Notes: generated from the sequence alone by a model not told the origin. Counted from the stretch's first letter, positions 1 through 9,612 are shown. The stretch: DNA of 64,000 bases from an uncultured virus (IMG/VR IMGVR_UViG_3300042317_001798) (IMGVR_UViG_3300042317_001798:1-64000), one strand, 5' to 3'. Numbers and translations: made by a program.

Positions 1-81
1 CTTCTTTTAATTTGGGCATATAAGATACAGTAGCGCATAATTTACGATTGTCCGTGGACAAGAAGACGCCGAGATATTTAC

Positions 82-1395
82 ATGACACAAAAACCGAATT
101 GGGCTGAAGTTCTCGAATATCTGCAACCCAAGATGCCTCCCTTCTGCCCAGAAGAGCCATCAATAAACCAAAGAGTTTTTTTAAGAACTAATTCAATAGA
201 AGCCCTATTTGGTGGTGCAGCAGGTGGTGGAAAGTCAAGCGCTTTGCTAATGGCTGCTCTCCAGTATGTAGATGTGCCTGGGTATTCGGCCATTCTTTTC
301 CGTAGAACTTTCGCTGACCTTTCGCTTCCCGGAGCCCTGATGGACCGCTTTAAGTCCTGGATGTCCAACTACGATGATGTGCATTGGAATGCAAATAGCT
401 TCATCGCCACTTTCCCATCTGGCGCCCGCATTTCATTCGGGTATCTAAATAATGCCAATGACTATTTACGCTATAAAGGCTCGGAATTTCAGTTCATTGG
501 AATGGACGAAGTAACCGAAATCCGTGAATCTGATTATCGATACCTATTCTCCCGTTTGCGTCGCCCTGCGAGCGGACCAATTTCTCAAGTGCCATTAAGA
601 ATGCGTTCAGCATCAAACCCTGCTCCCAACTGGGTTAGACAGAGATTCATTGTTGAGGGTCGTCAGGAAAACCGCATTTTCGTTCCATCTAAGTTGACCG
701 ACAACCCAGGAATTGACGCTGAATCGTACCGACAGGCCCTTGCTGCACTTGACCCCGTGGAAAGACGTCGCCTAGAAATGGGCGACTGGTGGTCGACAAC
801 GCTCGGAACTCTTTTTGAAAGAACTTCATTTATTATTATCGACCCAGAAGAAATCCCTGAAATCAAAAGTTCTGCCCGTGTTGTTAGATTTTGGGACCTT
901 GCTGCCACCGAACCATCCCAGAGCAACCCGAATCCAGACTATACGGTCGGAACGTTGATGATGTTTGACGGCGGTGTTGCCTACATTCTGGATGTAAAAC
1001 GAGCACGAGTAAAAGGTGAAAAAGTAGAGCAGCTGATTGCCCAGACAGCTCAGGAAGATGGTCTGGGAGTATCAATACGAATGGAACAAGAACCAGGTTC
1101 GTCGGGTAAAGCACTTGCCGACCAATATGCCAGGTATGTGGTTCCTGGGTACGATTTTGGGGCAATACGTTCTACTGGAGACAAAGAAACTCGCGCACGG
1201 CCATTCGCCGCCGCTGCAGCCAACGGAAATGTACGTATTATTCGTGCACCTTGGCTGACTGCATGGATGGATGAATTTTCATCTTTCCCCGAAGCCTGCG
1301 ACCACGACGACCAGGTCGACTCAGCTGTCGGAGCATTTACGTTTTTAACTGGCCTGGGGTTGCCACAGAGAAAGCGTGTCTCTATACTGATTTAG
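82..1395 (+). CDS. terL: Terminase large subunit
   Basis: Walker A GGAAGGGKS, Walker B FIGMDE, motif III ASNP, C-terminal nuclease motifs WDLA and HDDQVDS. Confidence 0.93.
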   Translation: MTQKPNWAEVLEYLQPKMPPFCPEEPSINQRVFLRTNSIEALFGGAAGGGKSSALLMAALQYVDVPGYSAILFRRTFADLSLPGALMDRFKSWMSNYDDVHWNANSFIATFPSGARISFGYLNNANDYLRYKGSEFQFIGMDEVTEIRESDYRYLFSRLRRPASGPISQVPLRMRSASNPAPNWVRQRFIVEGRQENRIFVPSKLTDNPGIDAESYRQALAALDPVERRRLEMGDWWSTTLGTLFERTSFIIIDPEEIPEIKSSARVVRFWDLAATEPSQSNPNPDYTVGTLMMFDGGVAYILDVKRARVKGEKVEQLIAQTAQEDGLGVSIRMEQEPGSSGKALADQYARYVVPGYDFGAIRSTGDKETRARPFAAAAANGNVRIIRAPWLTAWMDEFSSFPEACDHDDQVDSAVGAFTFLTGLGLPQRKRVSILI

Positions 1396-1434
1396 TAATT
1401 ACTTAAACTACTACTGAATTAAAGGGGCAATAAA

Positions 1435-1938
1435 ATGAATGCTGTAGAAAAGATAGAGCAGATTCGCGCACTGATTACCGAACTGGATTCAGAACTTCAG
1501 TCCATTGCTGACTCTGATGTTGAGATTCCAATTGCTTGTGGAATTTTGGCAGACATCAATTTCCTTAAGCGAGACCTAACTTTTGTTTATGACGGGTACG
1601 CACACCTTGTTGGCAAAATCATGGGGTCAACTGAATCAATCAAATTGGACAACGGCGCAGAAATCGAGAAGAAATCTTCATACGACAGAAAGTCGTGGGA
1701 CCACAAGGCGCTTGCTTCTGCGGTTTCGGACAAGTTGGTGAAGATGTCCATTGACATGGATACCGGCGAAGTACTGAAGTCACCACGAGAAATAGCCATG
1801 GATATGGTTACGTATTGTGCTCCGTCATATTGGCGAGTGAAAGAGTTGAACAAGATTGGAATCAATCCAGACAATTATTGCGAAGTTGGCGAACTGAAGA
1901 CTAGCATTATTGTCCGTAAGCCAAAAGATTCCGAATAA
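1435..1938 (+). CDS. Hypothetical phage protein
   Basis: 167-aa ORF with AAGGGG SD-like site, co-oriented with the recombination genes. Confidence 0.75.
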   Translation: MNAVEKIEQIRALITELDSELQSIADSDVEIPIACGILADINFLKRDLTFVYDGYAHLVGKIMGSTESIKLDNGAEIEKKSSYDRKSWDHKALASAVSDKLVKMSIDMDTGEVLKSPREIAMDMVTYCAPSYWRVKELNKIGINPDNYCEVGELKTSIIVRKPKDSE

Positions 1939-1968
1939 ATACACCACCAACAAGGGATACAAAACATC

Positions 1969-2685
1969 ATGGAACAAAATCAAGTAAAAGACGCTTCATC
2001 AATCATGAAGGAACTGTATGCGCAGTTCCCACAAGAATCAGAACGCACAATCGTCAAGAGCGGCGTATCACTTGTTTACTTGCCAATCAGCGAAGTAATC
2101 AATCGACTAAACAAGGTTCTCGGCGTGGAGGGCTGGTCATTTGAAATTATTTCAGTTCGTCGCGACGAAATTGACCAAGACGAATTGGTAGCACACGTTG
2201 CGCTTACTGCAGAGATTGGCGACAAGCGAGTGGTTAAACATGGATTTGGTGGCTCAAACGTAAAGCGCGCTAAGAGCAATCAAAAGCCAGTTGACCTTGG
2301 AAATGACTTTAAGGGCGCGGTTTCTGATGCGTTAAAGAAGGCTGCCCAACAATTGGGAGTCGGTCTCTATCTTGCTCGCTCGGTTGACGCTATGGACGCC
2401 GAAGACGCAATTCTTCTTGATGCATCAGATGATGGTTTTGCGCGTATTCCAGAACAGGTTCCAACACCTGCGCTTTCTGAGCTTGAGGAAAAATGGAATA
2501 CTTTCATCGATATCACCAAGGGGCTGAAGAAAGAACAGAAGGAAGAGTTGAACTCGTTCTGGTCAACCCACTCTGGAGGCCGACCAAAGCCGACGAAGTC
2601 AAGTGCCACAATCGAGGACTTGCAAGCACTCATCACAGAGGCATTGCGAATTCAGTTTGGTGGGCAGTATGTCACTAATTCCTGA
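1969..2685 (+). CDS. Rad52/Rad22 (Sak-like) single-strand annealing protein
   Basis: VINRLNKVLGVEGWSFE and KGAVSDALKKAAQQLGVGLYL are Rad52-family motifs. Confidence 0.85.
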   Translation: MEQNQVKDASSIMKELYAQFPQESERTIVKSGVSLVYLPISEVINRLNKVLGVEGWSFEIISVRRDEIDQDELVAHVALTAEIGDKRVVKHGFGGSNVKRAKSNQKPVDLGNDFKGAVSDALKKAAQQLGVGLYLARSVDAMDAEDAILLDASDDGFARIPEQVPTPALSELEEKWNTFIDITKGLKKEQKEELNSFWSTHSGGRPKPTKSSATIEDLQALITEALRIQFGGQYVTNS

Positions 2686-3451
2686 TGGTGGATTTGTCGC
2701 TCCAGAGTTTCTATCCCCATCATCACTGGGAACGTTCAGGCAGTGTCCGCAAAAATTTAAGTACAGCAAAATAGATGGTCTCCATGACCCAAGTGGCCAA
2801 GAAGCAATTCTTGGAAATTTCGTTCACGACGTACTTGAAGATTTGTACAAACTTCCGCCAGAACTTAGAACTCTTGAGCAGGCAAAAGACCTTGCTCGCA
2901 ACCAATGGGCGAATAAATGGTCGGCAGAAGCTTCGTCGGTAATTCACTCAGAGAAAGAACTCAACAGATTTCGTTGGGCTGCTTGGTGGTGTATTGAGAA
3001 TCTTTGGCTAATTGAGGACCCGACTACCGTTTCTCCTTTTAGTATGGAGTCTTACGTTCGCGGAGATATAGGCGGAGTAAAAATTCATGGATTCATCGAC
3101 AGGCTAAGCGTTAATGGAAATAGCGCAAAAGTTAGTGACTACAAAACAGGGAAGACTCCAAAGAAAAATTATCTATCCGACAAATTTTTTCAGTTGATTG
3201 TCTACACTCAACTTTTGTCTAGCCTAGACATAGATGTTGACCAAAAGTCCGTTGAACTCCTCTATTTAAAAGACGGAGTGAAGTTTGAAAAAGATGTTTC
3301 ACTGGATGACATTAAATCAACCGTTGAGTCAATTCAATCGACAAAACAGGAAATTGACAAATGTTGTAAGACCGGTGAATTTGTTGCCAATAAATCTATT
3401 CTTTGCAATTGGTGTGGCTTCAAGGGAATCTGCCCTGCGTGGAATAATTAA
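2669..3451 (+). CDS. PD-(D/E)XK RecB/Cas4-like exonuclease
   Basis: LSPSS..CP, GFIDRL, DYKTGK, QLxxY and C-terminal CNWCxxxxxCP; start moved to ATG 2669. Confidence 0.88.
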   Translation: MSLIPDGGFVAPEFLSPSSLGTFRQCPQKFKYSKIDGLHDPSGQEAILGNFVHDVLEDLYKLPPELRTLEQAKDLARNQWANKWSAEASSVIHSEKELNRFRWAAWWCIENLWLIEDPTTVSPFSMESYVRGDIGGVKIHGFIDRLSVNGNSAKVSDYKTGKTPKKNYLSDKFFQLIVYTQLLSSLDIDVDQKSVELLYLKDGVKFEKDVSLDDIKSTVESIQSTKQEIDKCCKTGEFVANKSILCNWCGFKGICPAWNN

Positions 3452-3469
3452 AAAATCAAGGAGAAGATA

Positions 3470-3982
3470 ATGCAAGTTTTAAACGATGATTCATTTGCAA
3501 GAATGGTTGCGGAAGAGGTGAAGAATAAGCTCTCCCCAACGCATAAGCAGGTTCTTCTAGAAAAAGAAAACTGGGGAAGATGGAAAGATGCCCTTTTAGC
3601 ATTGTCCGACAACCTCCAAAATCAAATCGACAATATCGAATCAGATGCCGAATCAGACAATCTTCGTTATTCCTCGCTTGGGCCAGCTGGCTCCAAGTTA
3701 AGTCGAGAAGCAATATCTTATTACGACACGAAAGCAACTCGCGTTAAGCGGTTTAAGTTTCATGTAGACAAGCGTCTTGACGAAGTCATGAACATGATTG
3801 AAACCGGCGCAGAAATACAGACCGATGGATGGGACCAGGTTGAATTTCTTCGAAGGGCAATCGTCACTCATCGCACCCTTATGCGTTCATTTGACCTTGA
3901 AGATACCGCCATCGATAGGGCTCTGTGGTCTACACTTGACAATAAGTGGCTATTCGATTCCGTCACTAGCGATAATTTGTAA
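3470..3982 (+). CDS. Hypothetical helical protein
   Basis: 170-aa ORF with strong AGGAG SD. Confidence 0.75.
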   Translation: MQVLNDDSFARMVAEEVKNKLSPTHKQVLLEKENWGRWKDALLALSDNLQNQIDNIESDAESDNLRYSSLGPAGSKLSREAISYYDTKATRVKRFKFHVDKRLDEVMNMIETGAEIQTDGWDQVEFLRRAIVTHRTLMRSFDLEDTAIDRALWSTLDNKWLFDSVTSDNL

Positions 3983-4046
3983 TAAAGCCACACTTAATGT
4001 GCCCAGCAGGGAGATTCACGCTCTAAACATGTAATAGGAGATTCGT

Positions 4047-4424
4047 ATGCTTCGTCGTAAAAAGCCATTGAAGCGCACGCCGATAAAGCGTTCAGCAACA
4101 AAAGCAAAGCCGCGAAAAGCAATTCGCAAACGAAGCAAAAAAATGTCTGATACATATGTGGAGCGCCGAAAGCTTGTTGAGAAAGTTCTTCAAGAAAGAC
4201 CGCTGTGTGAAGCATGCAAAATATTTGCTACACACGACGGAAAAATAACTTTCAATCACCATCTAAGCAGAGACCTGCATGAAGTTATTCGTCGCTCACA
4301 GGGCGGTTCGATTCTGGACGAAGAAAATATCCTGGCTGTATGCAGGCCTTGTCACGCAAGAATTAACGCCAACCCGCAGCTTGCATTCGACCTTGGTTTA
4401 GCCAAGCATGGATGGGAACGCTAG
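4047..4424 (+). CDS. HNH endonuclease
   Basis: CEAC...DLHE..RRSQGG...NILAVCRPCH, basic N-terminus, AGGAG SD. Confidence 0.85.
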   Translation: MLRRKKPLKRTPIKRSATKAKPRKAIRKRSKKMSDTYVERRKLVEKVLQERPLCEACKIFATHDGKITFNHHLSRDLHEVIRRSQGGSILDEENILAVCRPCHARINANPQLAFDLGLAKHGWER

Positions 4425-5041
4425 TTTTCTACAGAACCAATTCTTGGGGCAACCCTTTTGCTTCCTGCCCAGGCATCTCTGAGGGATTCCCCATCATTCG
4501 TAGTCACATCTCCGCCATTAAGAAATTGTCCGTAACCTCCAGAAACAATAACCAAATCAGCAACACCGAATAGGGCCAGCGTTATTCTCTTGCGACGCCA
4601 TTTTTCTTCTACGAATATTTGTTGTATTTTTGAATCTTGCTTAAACCATTGCAAAAACCCAACACGCTGAGAGCGTCCGAGAAATTTTTTGTTTATTAAG
4701 TCACTTTCCATAACTATTGTTCCGGATGGGAAATCATCTCCGAATAATGCATAGATAAACATCATTGGTATTGCTGGACCGTTCGGATGTGGACGCGGCG
4801 CATCTTTCACTACATACCAAAGAGGAGGGGTAATCCCGATAATGTCTTCGTCTTTCCAGTTTATGAAAAGATTATTTTCTGAGTCTAGAGACCCATACCA
4901 AACCGATTCAGCGCTAGTAGGTTTATCTTTAGAAACAACAGTGGAAGGACGCTCAAACTCCTCCGTCGAGAAAGCATGAACTTCCGCCCATCTGTTGTTT
5001 AATTTGCCTGATTCCCAAAACCAAAGTTGCTTAAAAGGCAT
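4421..5041 (-). CDS. Hypothetical protein with possible GNAT-like C-terminal motif
   Basis: IQQIFVEEKWRRKRITLAL resembles the GNAT acetyl-CoA binding motif A. Confidence 0.5.
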   Translation of the reverse strand: MPFKQLWFWESGKLNNRWAEVHAFSTEEFERPSTVVSKDKPTSAESVWYGSLDSENNLFINWKDEDIIGITPPLWYVVKDAPRPHPNGPAIPMMFIYALFGDDFPSGTIVMESDLINKKFLGRSQRVGFLQWFKQDSKIQQIFVEEKWRRKRITLALFGVADLVIVSGGYGQFLNGGDVTTNDGESLRDAWAGSKRVAPRIGSVEN

Positions 5042-5050
5042 TAGGCTAGG

Positions 5051-5743
5051 TTAGTCGTTCCACCAATCAACCCATGGCTTTTGTGTAGCAGAAACAGCAT
5101 CTTCACCAGACATACCAGTGTATGCAATCGAGATGATGACCTTTGCGTCATTCTCGTAGTCGTCCCAGTTGCCATCGACGTTGTAGACGAACATCTGGAG
5201 GAATTCGTCGGTATTCATAACCGCAGCATCTGCGAGGTACGTCCGTTCATTCCACTCTTCTTCGCTCCAATTGGAGTTTGTAGCGCGTGATTTTTCAATA
5301 GGTGATGCAGCAGTACTTCTAAGGCTCATTGCATTTCCTCCGAAACCGCCACCCTCTGTGCAGAATGCACCAATTCTTCCAGCGGCATCGTCTGGATTGC
5401 CAAGCCACATTGTTGGCTTAAGTTCTTCGTTTATGCTCTGGCTGTAGCCAAGGTCTTCAAATGCGTACAATATGTCGTTTGGGTTGTCGTAAATGCTGTG
5501 TTGAGTCTTGGAATTCTTTGCTTTATAAGCCGCAAGAGCCAAAACTCTGTCAGTTGTCTCAATGTCCAAAGTTGTCTCATCACCCTGCCAGAAACCAGCC
5601 GTGTTGCCGTAAATCGCTTGTGTGGTGAACCAGATTGATACAATCTTGACTCTGAATGGGAATGACACATTCAAAAAAGATGGGTCGCTGATTTTTACGG
5701 TCCAATCGTAGTTAACTATGGATGGTGCGATAATTCCGGACAT
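5051..5743 (-). CDS. Hypothetical protein
   Basis: 230-aa ORF with AAGGAG SD; no recognised family. Confidence 0.7.
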   Translation of the reverse strand: MSGIIAPSIVNYDWTVKISDPSFLNVSFPFRVKIVSIWFTTQAIYGNTAGFWQGDETTLDIETTDRVLALAAYKAKNSKTQHSIYDNPNDILYAFEDLGYSQSINEELKPTMWLGNPDDAAGRIGAFCTEGGGFGGNAMSLRSTAASPIEKSRATNSNWSEEEWNERTYLADAAVMNTDEFLQMFVYNVDGNWDDYENDAKVIISIAYTGMSGEDAVSATQKPWVDWWND

Positions 5744-5842
5744 GTTTTCTCCTTCGAGTAGTTAAACAGCTTACTACAGATATTCTTTTTTAAAAGTTTA
5801 TTATTAACACTTTCAGTATTTATTACGGGTGTAATGTAGTAA

Positions 5843-5910
5843 TCCTTAGGACCGTTATAGGTGCGAGGGCCGGGTGCACAGGGCAACGTGCGGCACCCGG
5901 TTCTTGCATG
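5843..5910 (+). ncRNA. Candidate small structured RNA 1 (17-bp hairpin)
   Basis: GTGCGAGGGCCGGGTGC (5861-5877) pairs with GCACCCGGTTCTTGCAT (5893-5909) using G-U wobbles that work only on the + strand; TAATGT -10-like box at 5832-5837; GC-rich island in an AT-rich spacer. Confidence 0.45.
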
Positions 5911-5966
5911 TTCAAAATTAAACAAATTAATTTTTAATTGGTTTACTAATCAGTATTTATTTTTAG

Positions 5967-5975
5967 TGTTACGAT
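5967..5975 (+). promoter_or_regulatory. Extended -10 promoter candidate (TGtTACGAT)
   Basis: TGn-TAnnnT about 7 nt upstream of the 5' end of the structured region starting at 5982. Confidence 0.45.
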
Positions 5976-5981
5976 TTTTTC

Positions 5982-6125
5982 ATCTAGCCAACATCTACTC
6001 TTAGCGAGAGAAAGGCAGGTGGTCAAAGGTCTAGTAGCGCGAGCTACGGCAAAACTACGCCAGACGTAAAACCACCAGCGCCAGTAGCACCCGCCGGACA
6101 GGCTAGAAGTTCGGCGGGTCTTTGC
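5982..6125 (+). ncRNA. Candidate multi-stem RNA 2
   Basis: Nested pairings TCTAGCC/GGCTAGA, CTACT/AGTAG, GGTGGT/ACCACC, GTCT/AGAC, and GTAGC-GCGA-GCTAC (GNRA tetraloop); bounded by a promoter candidate and a terminator. Confidence 0.55.
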
Positions 6126-6130
6126 TTTTT
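6089..6130 (+). terminator. Rho-independent terminator
   Basis: ACCCGCCGGA...TTCGGCGGGT stem followed by CTTTGCTTTTT. Confidence 0.65.
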
Positions 6131-6147
6131 AGGTTAATGTCTACTAA

Positions 6148-6684
6148 GTGAATATTCTTTCGCTCGACTTATCCCTAACGTCCACTGGTTATTGCCACAA
6201 TGGCGAAACCGGAGTTATATCTGTCGACAAAACTGGACCGCATCGTTTGTGGTTGATAAAACGCAAAGTTGAAGACCTAATCATTGAATTCTCGATTGAC
6301 GTTGTTGCCATGGAGGGGTATTCGTTTGCTTCCAGGAATTCTCAGGCACATTCAATTGGTGAACTTGGTGGTGTGATTCGTCTCTTGCTTTGGGAATTGG
6401 GCAGGCCAGTAGTCGTGATTCCCCCAACATGTAGAGCAAAATTTGCAACAGGAAAAGGCAATGCTTCTAAAAATGAAGTAATTTCTTCCATATCTGCAAA
6501 AACAGGACTAGTGTGGTCAAACCCTGGTGCAGATGATAAATGCGACGCTTGGATTATGGAAGAGATGGTTCTGGCTCGCCTTGGGAGTCCTAGATTTGAC
6601 TGGCCAGCCACGCACGTATCTGGTCTAGAGAAAGTAGATTGGACGCTACTAAATGCCTACATTGAACAGCTTGGAGAGAAATGA
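6148..6684 (+). CDS. RuvC-like Holliday junction resolvase
   Basis: ILSLDLSLTSTG, VAMEGY, ELGG, KFATGKGNASK and DDKCDA motifs. Confidence 0.88.
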   Translation: MNILSLDLSLTSTGYCHNGETGVISVDKTGPHRLWLIKRKVEDLIIEFSIDVVAMEGYSFASRNSQAHSIGELGGVIRLLLWELGRPVVVIPPTCRAKFATGKGNASKNEVISSISAKTGLVWSNPGADDKCDAWIMEEMVLARLGSPRFDWPATHVSGLEKVDWTLLNAYIEQLGEK

Positions 6685-7016
6685 GAAATAACCCAATAAG
6701 CCAAGTCGAGATTGAACAAGAGCTGCTTCGCTTGATGGACAAGCTCGAGACCGAAACTGAGCAGTTCGAAACGCTCGCAATGGATTGTGCAAAAAAAGAA
6801 GCGCTTTATAAGTCAAATTGGGCCAAGGAATATCTTTCTGCTAAAGGCTCAATCAAAGAGCGTGAAGCATGGGCTGATTACAAAATGGACCAGCAGAATT
6901 TCGAGTACAAGTGTGCCGAGGCGCTGGTGAAGTCAAAGCGTGAGTCGCTTCTGTCTATTCGTGCTTCAATGGATGCAATCCGAACACTCAATGCAAATGT
7001 CAGGACACAGGTTTAA
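6681..7016 (+). CDS. Hypothetical coiled-coil protein
   Basis: 111-aa ORF overlapping the resolvase stop codon (ATGA). Confidence 0.7.
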   Translation: MRNNPISQVEIEQELLRLMDKLETETEQFETLAMDCAKKEALYKSNWAKEYLSAKGSIKEREAWADYKMDQQNFEYKCAEALVKSKRESLLSIRASMDAIRTLNANVRTQV

Positions 7017-7019
7017 CTT

Positions 7020-7868
7020 ATGGCTAATGGAATACATGAATCGCTTCTTTCGCTTGCGGTAGATATCGACACGCTTTTCCCGCTTGACAACAATCCGCGG
7101 CGAGGCAATGTTGAAGCAATCATGTCGTCGTATGCAGAATTTGGCCAAATCAAACCTATCGTTGTGCGCCCAAACGGAGATGGAACATCAACCGTTATTG
7201 CGGGAAATCATCAATTTGAAGCCGCAAAGCGTCTCGGGTGGGACAAGATTGCAGCAGTTGAATATGATGTGGACGACAAGCGAGCAATTGCATTCGCATT
7301 AGCAGACAACAGAACCATGGAGCTCGGATATACCGAGCCAGAATTGCTTAATGATTTTGTCTTAGAAATTAGTGATTACTACCCAGAGTTAATGGATGGA
7401 CTTGGCTGGGATGAATTTGATATTGCTGAAATAGAACAAAAATCGATACGTGAAAACCACCAGGTGGTTGACAGCGGAGAATATAGGCCACCTGTAATCG
7501 TCAATCCAAATGCGTCGTTTGATAATCCAGATGATTTGGTTGATGATGAAGAAGATTCTCCAGCATCAATCCAGCCAAGACAATCTGTAGACATGAATAC
7601 AGTAGAGGTAACCAAAACACGAGATGGTCAGCATCTTTCAGCAAAGGGCGGGGTAGACCAGCGCGATGCTGCTATTCGCGGTTCAACCACTGTTTCACCC
7701 TCGTCTGCTCCGCAGGCAGTTGTTCAGTACACACTTGTTTTTGATTCACCACAACAGCAATCTCGTTGGTATGACTTCATTAGGTGGTTGCGCTCTGACC
7801 CAGGTATAGATGGCTCAACAACGGCAGAAAGACTGATGAACTTCATTGATGAACACTGCGAGATTTGA
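7020..7868 (+). CDS. ParB/Srx-like N-terminal domain protein
   Basis: NNPRRG...SYAEFGQIKPIVV...VIAGNHQFEAAKRLG...ALADNRT. Confidence 0.85.
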   Translation: MANGIHESLLSLAVDIDTLFPLDNNPRRGNVEAIMSSYAEFGQIKPIVVRPNGDGTSTVIAGNHQFEAAKRLGWDKIAAVEYDVDDKRAIAFALADNRTMELGYTEPELLNDFVLEISDYYPELMDGLGWDEFDIAEIEQKSIRENHQVVDSGEYRPPVIVNPNASFDNPDDLVDDEEDSPASIQPRQSVDMNTVEVTKTRDGQHLSAKGGVDQRDAAIRGSTTVSPSSAPQAVVQYTLVFDSPQQQSRWYDFIRWLRSDPGIDGSTTAERLMNFIDEHCEI

Positions 7869-7877
7869 TAGTTAATA

Positions 7878-9020
7878 ATGACTAGACAGCGACTCTTTTT
7901 GGATATGAGCTGTGTTGATGCAGCACGTGAACGCATTCGTCACGTATACGACACGTTCGACACCGTTTGTGTGCAGTTCTCCGGAGGAAAAGACTCAACA
8001 GCGGTTCTGTATCTTGCAAAAGAAATCCACGAAGAGCGCGGGCTTGGTCCAGTGAAGGTGATTTTTCGTGACGAAGAAATGGTTAGTCCTGCAGTAGTCA
8101 AATATGTAGAACAAGTTCGAAATTATGACTGGGTCGATATGGAGTGGTATTGCTTACCATATCCAGCAGAAGTTTGGGTTCTTGGGCACAGAATAACGAC
8201 GCTGCTATGGAGTGACCAGAGACGAAAACAGGACCGTCTTGTCAGGGAGATTCCACCATGGGCAATTACTGGAAAACACTTTGGGTTGAATCACGATGTA
8301 TCGCTGCCAGAGCAGACCGATTACTACACAATGCAGGGAAAGAAGGGAAACGTTGCTTTTCTAACTGGGGTTCGCGCCAGCGAATCAATGGTTCGTTACC
8401 GCTCAATTGTCCAAAAGCTTCATGAAAATTACATCGTTACGCCATACAAACTGAAGCGCGGCATACCACTAAAGTTTGCAAAAATAATTTATGACTGGAA
8501 CACAAACGATGTATTTAAATTTATAATCGAGGAACACGGCGCAGATTACTGTGAATACTATGACCTAGCTGTTGCTACGGGTAGCAACACAAGAATAGGA
8601 ATACCGCTACACGCCACGGCAATCAGACGGATAGGTGATGTGATTGCAACAGAGCCAGAGTTCTACGACCGTCTTTATGAATGCTTCCCATACATTGATG
8701 CTCAGCGTAGAGTGTGGCCGGAGTACGACGTAGAAAAAGTTATCGCCTCTTATGCCAAAGACGGATTTGCTGGTGCCTCGGCCTTTATTGATAAATACCT
8801 AGTTGGCTCACGCAGGCAGATGGAGGCGCGAGTCTTCGTTTCTAAGTTTCGCAAAAAACACCTAACCGACCCGCATGGTTACCCGGTTGCTTGGCTCATA
8901 AGGAACTTGATGCTTAACGAAATTGACGTAAACTCACCAACACCAGTCGGGCCAAGAACAAAAGCCCACACCATACGAACAGCGGAGCTAGAACAGGAAC
9001 TTTACGGCGATGGCTATTAA
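7878..9020 (+). CDS. PAPS-reductase family protein (IbrA/YbdN-like)
   Basis: PP-loop FSGGKDS, FRDEE, GVRASESxxR and IYDWxxxDV motifs. Confidence 0.85.
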   Translation: MTRQRLFLDMSCVDAARERIRHVYDTFDTVCVQFSGGKDSTAVLYLAKEIHEERGLGPVKVIFRDEEMVSPAVVKYVEQVRNYDWVDMEWYCLPYPAEVWVLGHRITTLLWSDQRRKQDRLVREIPPWAITGKHFGLNHDVSLPEQTDYYTMQGKKGNVAFLTGVRASESMVRYRSIVQKLHENYIVTPYKLKRGIPLKFAKIIYDWNTNDVFKFIIEEHGADYCEYYDLAVATGSNTRIGIPLHATAIRRIGDVIATEPEFYDRLYECFPYIDAQRRVWPEYDVEKVIASYAKDGFAGASAFIDKYLVGSRRQMEARVFVSKFRKKHLTDPHGYPVAWLIRNLMLNEIDVNSPTPVGPRTKAHTIRTAELEQELYGDGY

Positions 9021-9567
9021 TATTGAATATGTAGATATGGACTTGCTCGTGGTTCCAAGTTGGCGCGCAACATATGTCCTCAGACCAGAACTTCTTATCA
9101 TTTCTGGCTCACTTATGGAGTTTGGTTTCATTCAACCAATTCATGTAAGGCGCTCGTCTAATGAAATAATTGATGGTTCTGAAAGATTTCTTCTTGCAAG
9201 CAATATTGACGATATATATGAACAACTTGACGGAAAGATTCCAGTTGTTTTTCATGACGTTAACCAAATAGATGCAATGATTATGCATTTGCGCCTTAAT
9301 CGTGGGCGCTCAACTGTTGTGGCTGCAAAAACATCGGAAATAATTAGAAAAGCAAAACGCTCCGGAGACTACAGAGATAGCGACTTTAATGAGTTACTTT
9401 CAATGAGAAACGAAGAGCTTTCATTAATGCTTGACGGAAGTGTCCTAAAAGCAAGGAAAATAAAAGAACATAATTACGCCAAAGCATGGGTTCCAATAGA
9501 GGCTCCATCGTCTCTTCCGGTATCGGACAAGATGGTTATTGAATCTCCGCCAAATCCTGACAGATAA
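9010..9567 (+). CDS. ParB-like protein (IbrB/YbdM-like)
   Basis: SLMEFGFIQPI...IIDGSER...HLRLNRGR; overlaps the upstream gene. Confidence 0.75.
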   Translation: MAINIEYVDMDLLVVPSWRATYVLRPELLIISGSLMEFGFIQPIHVRRSSNEIIDGSERFLLASNIDDIYEQLDGKIPVVFHDVNQIDAMIMHLRLNRGRSTVVAAKTSEIIRKAKRSGDYRDSDFNELLSMRNEELSLMLDGSVLKARKIKEHNYAKAWVPIEAPSSLPVSDKMVIESPPNPDR

Positions 9568-9612
9568 AGAACATTTTTTTCTGCTATATTTTTATAGAGC
9601 TTAAGGAGCAAC

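Noticed and set aside
2669..3451. Cas4 as part of a CRISPR system
   Set aside because: Stand-alone RecB/Cas4-like nuclease beside an annealase, which is a typical phage recombination context.
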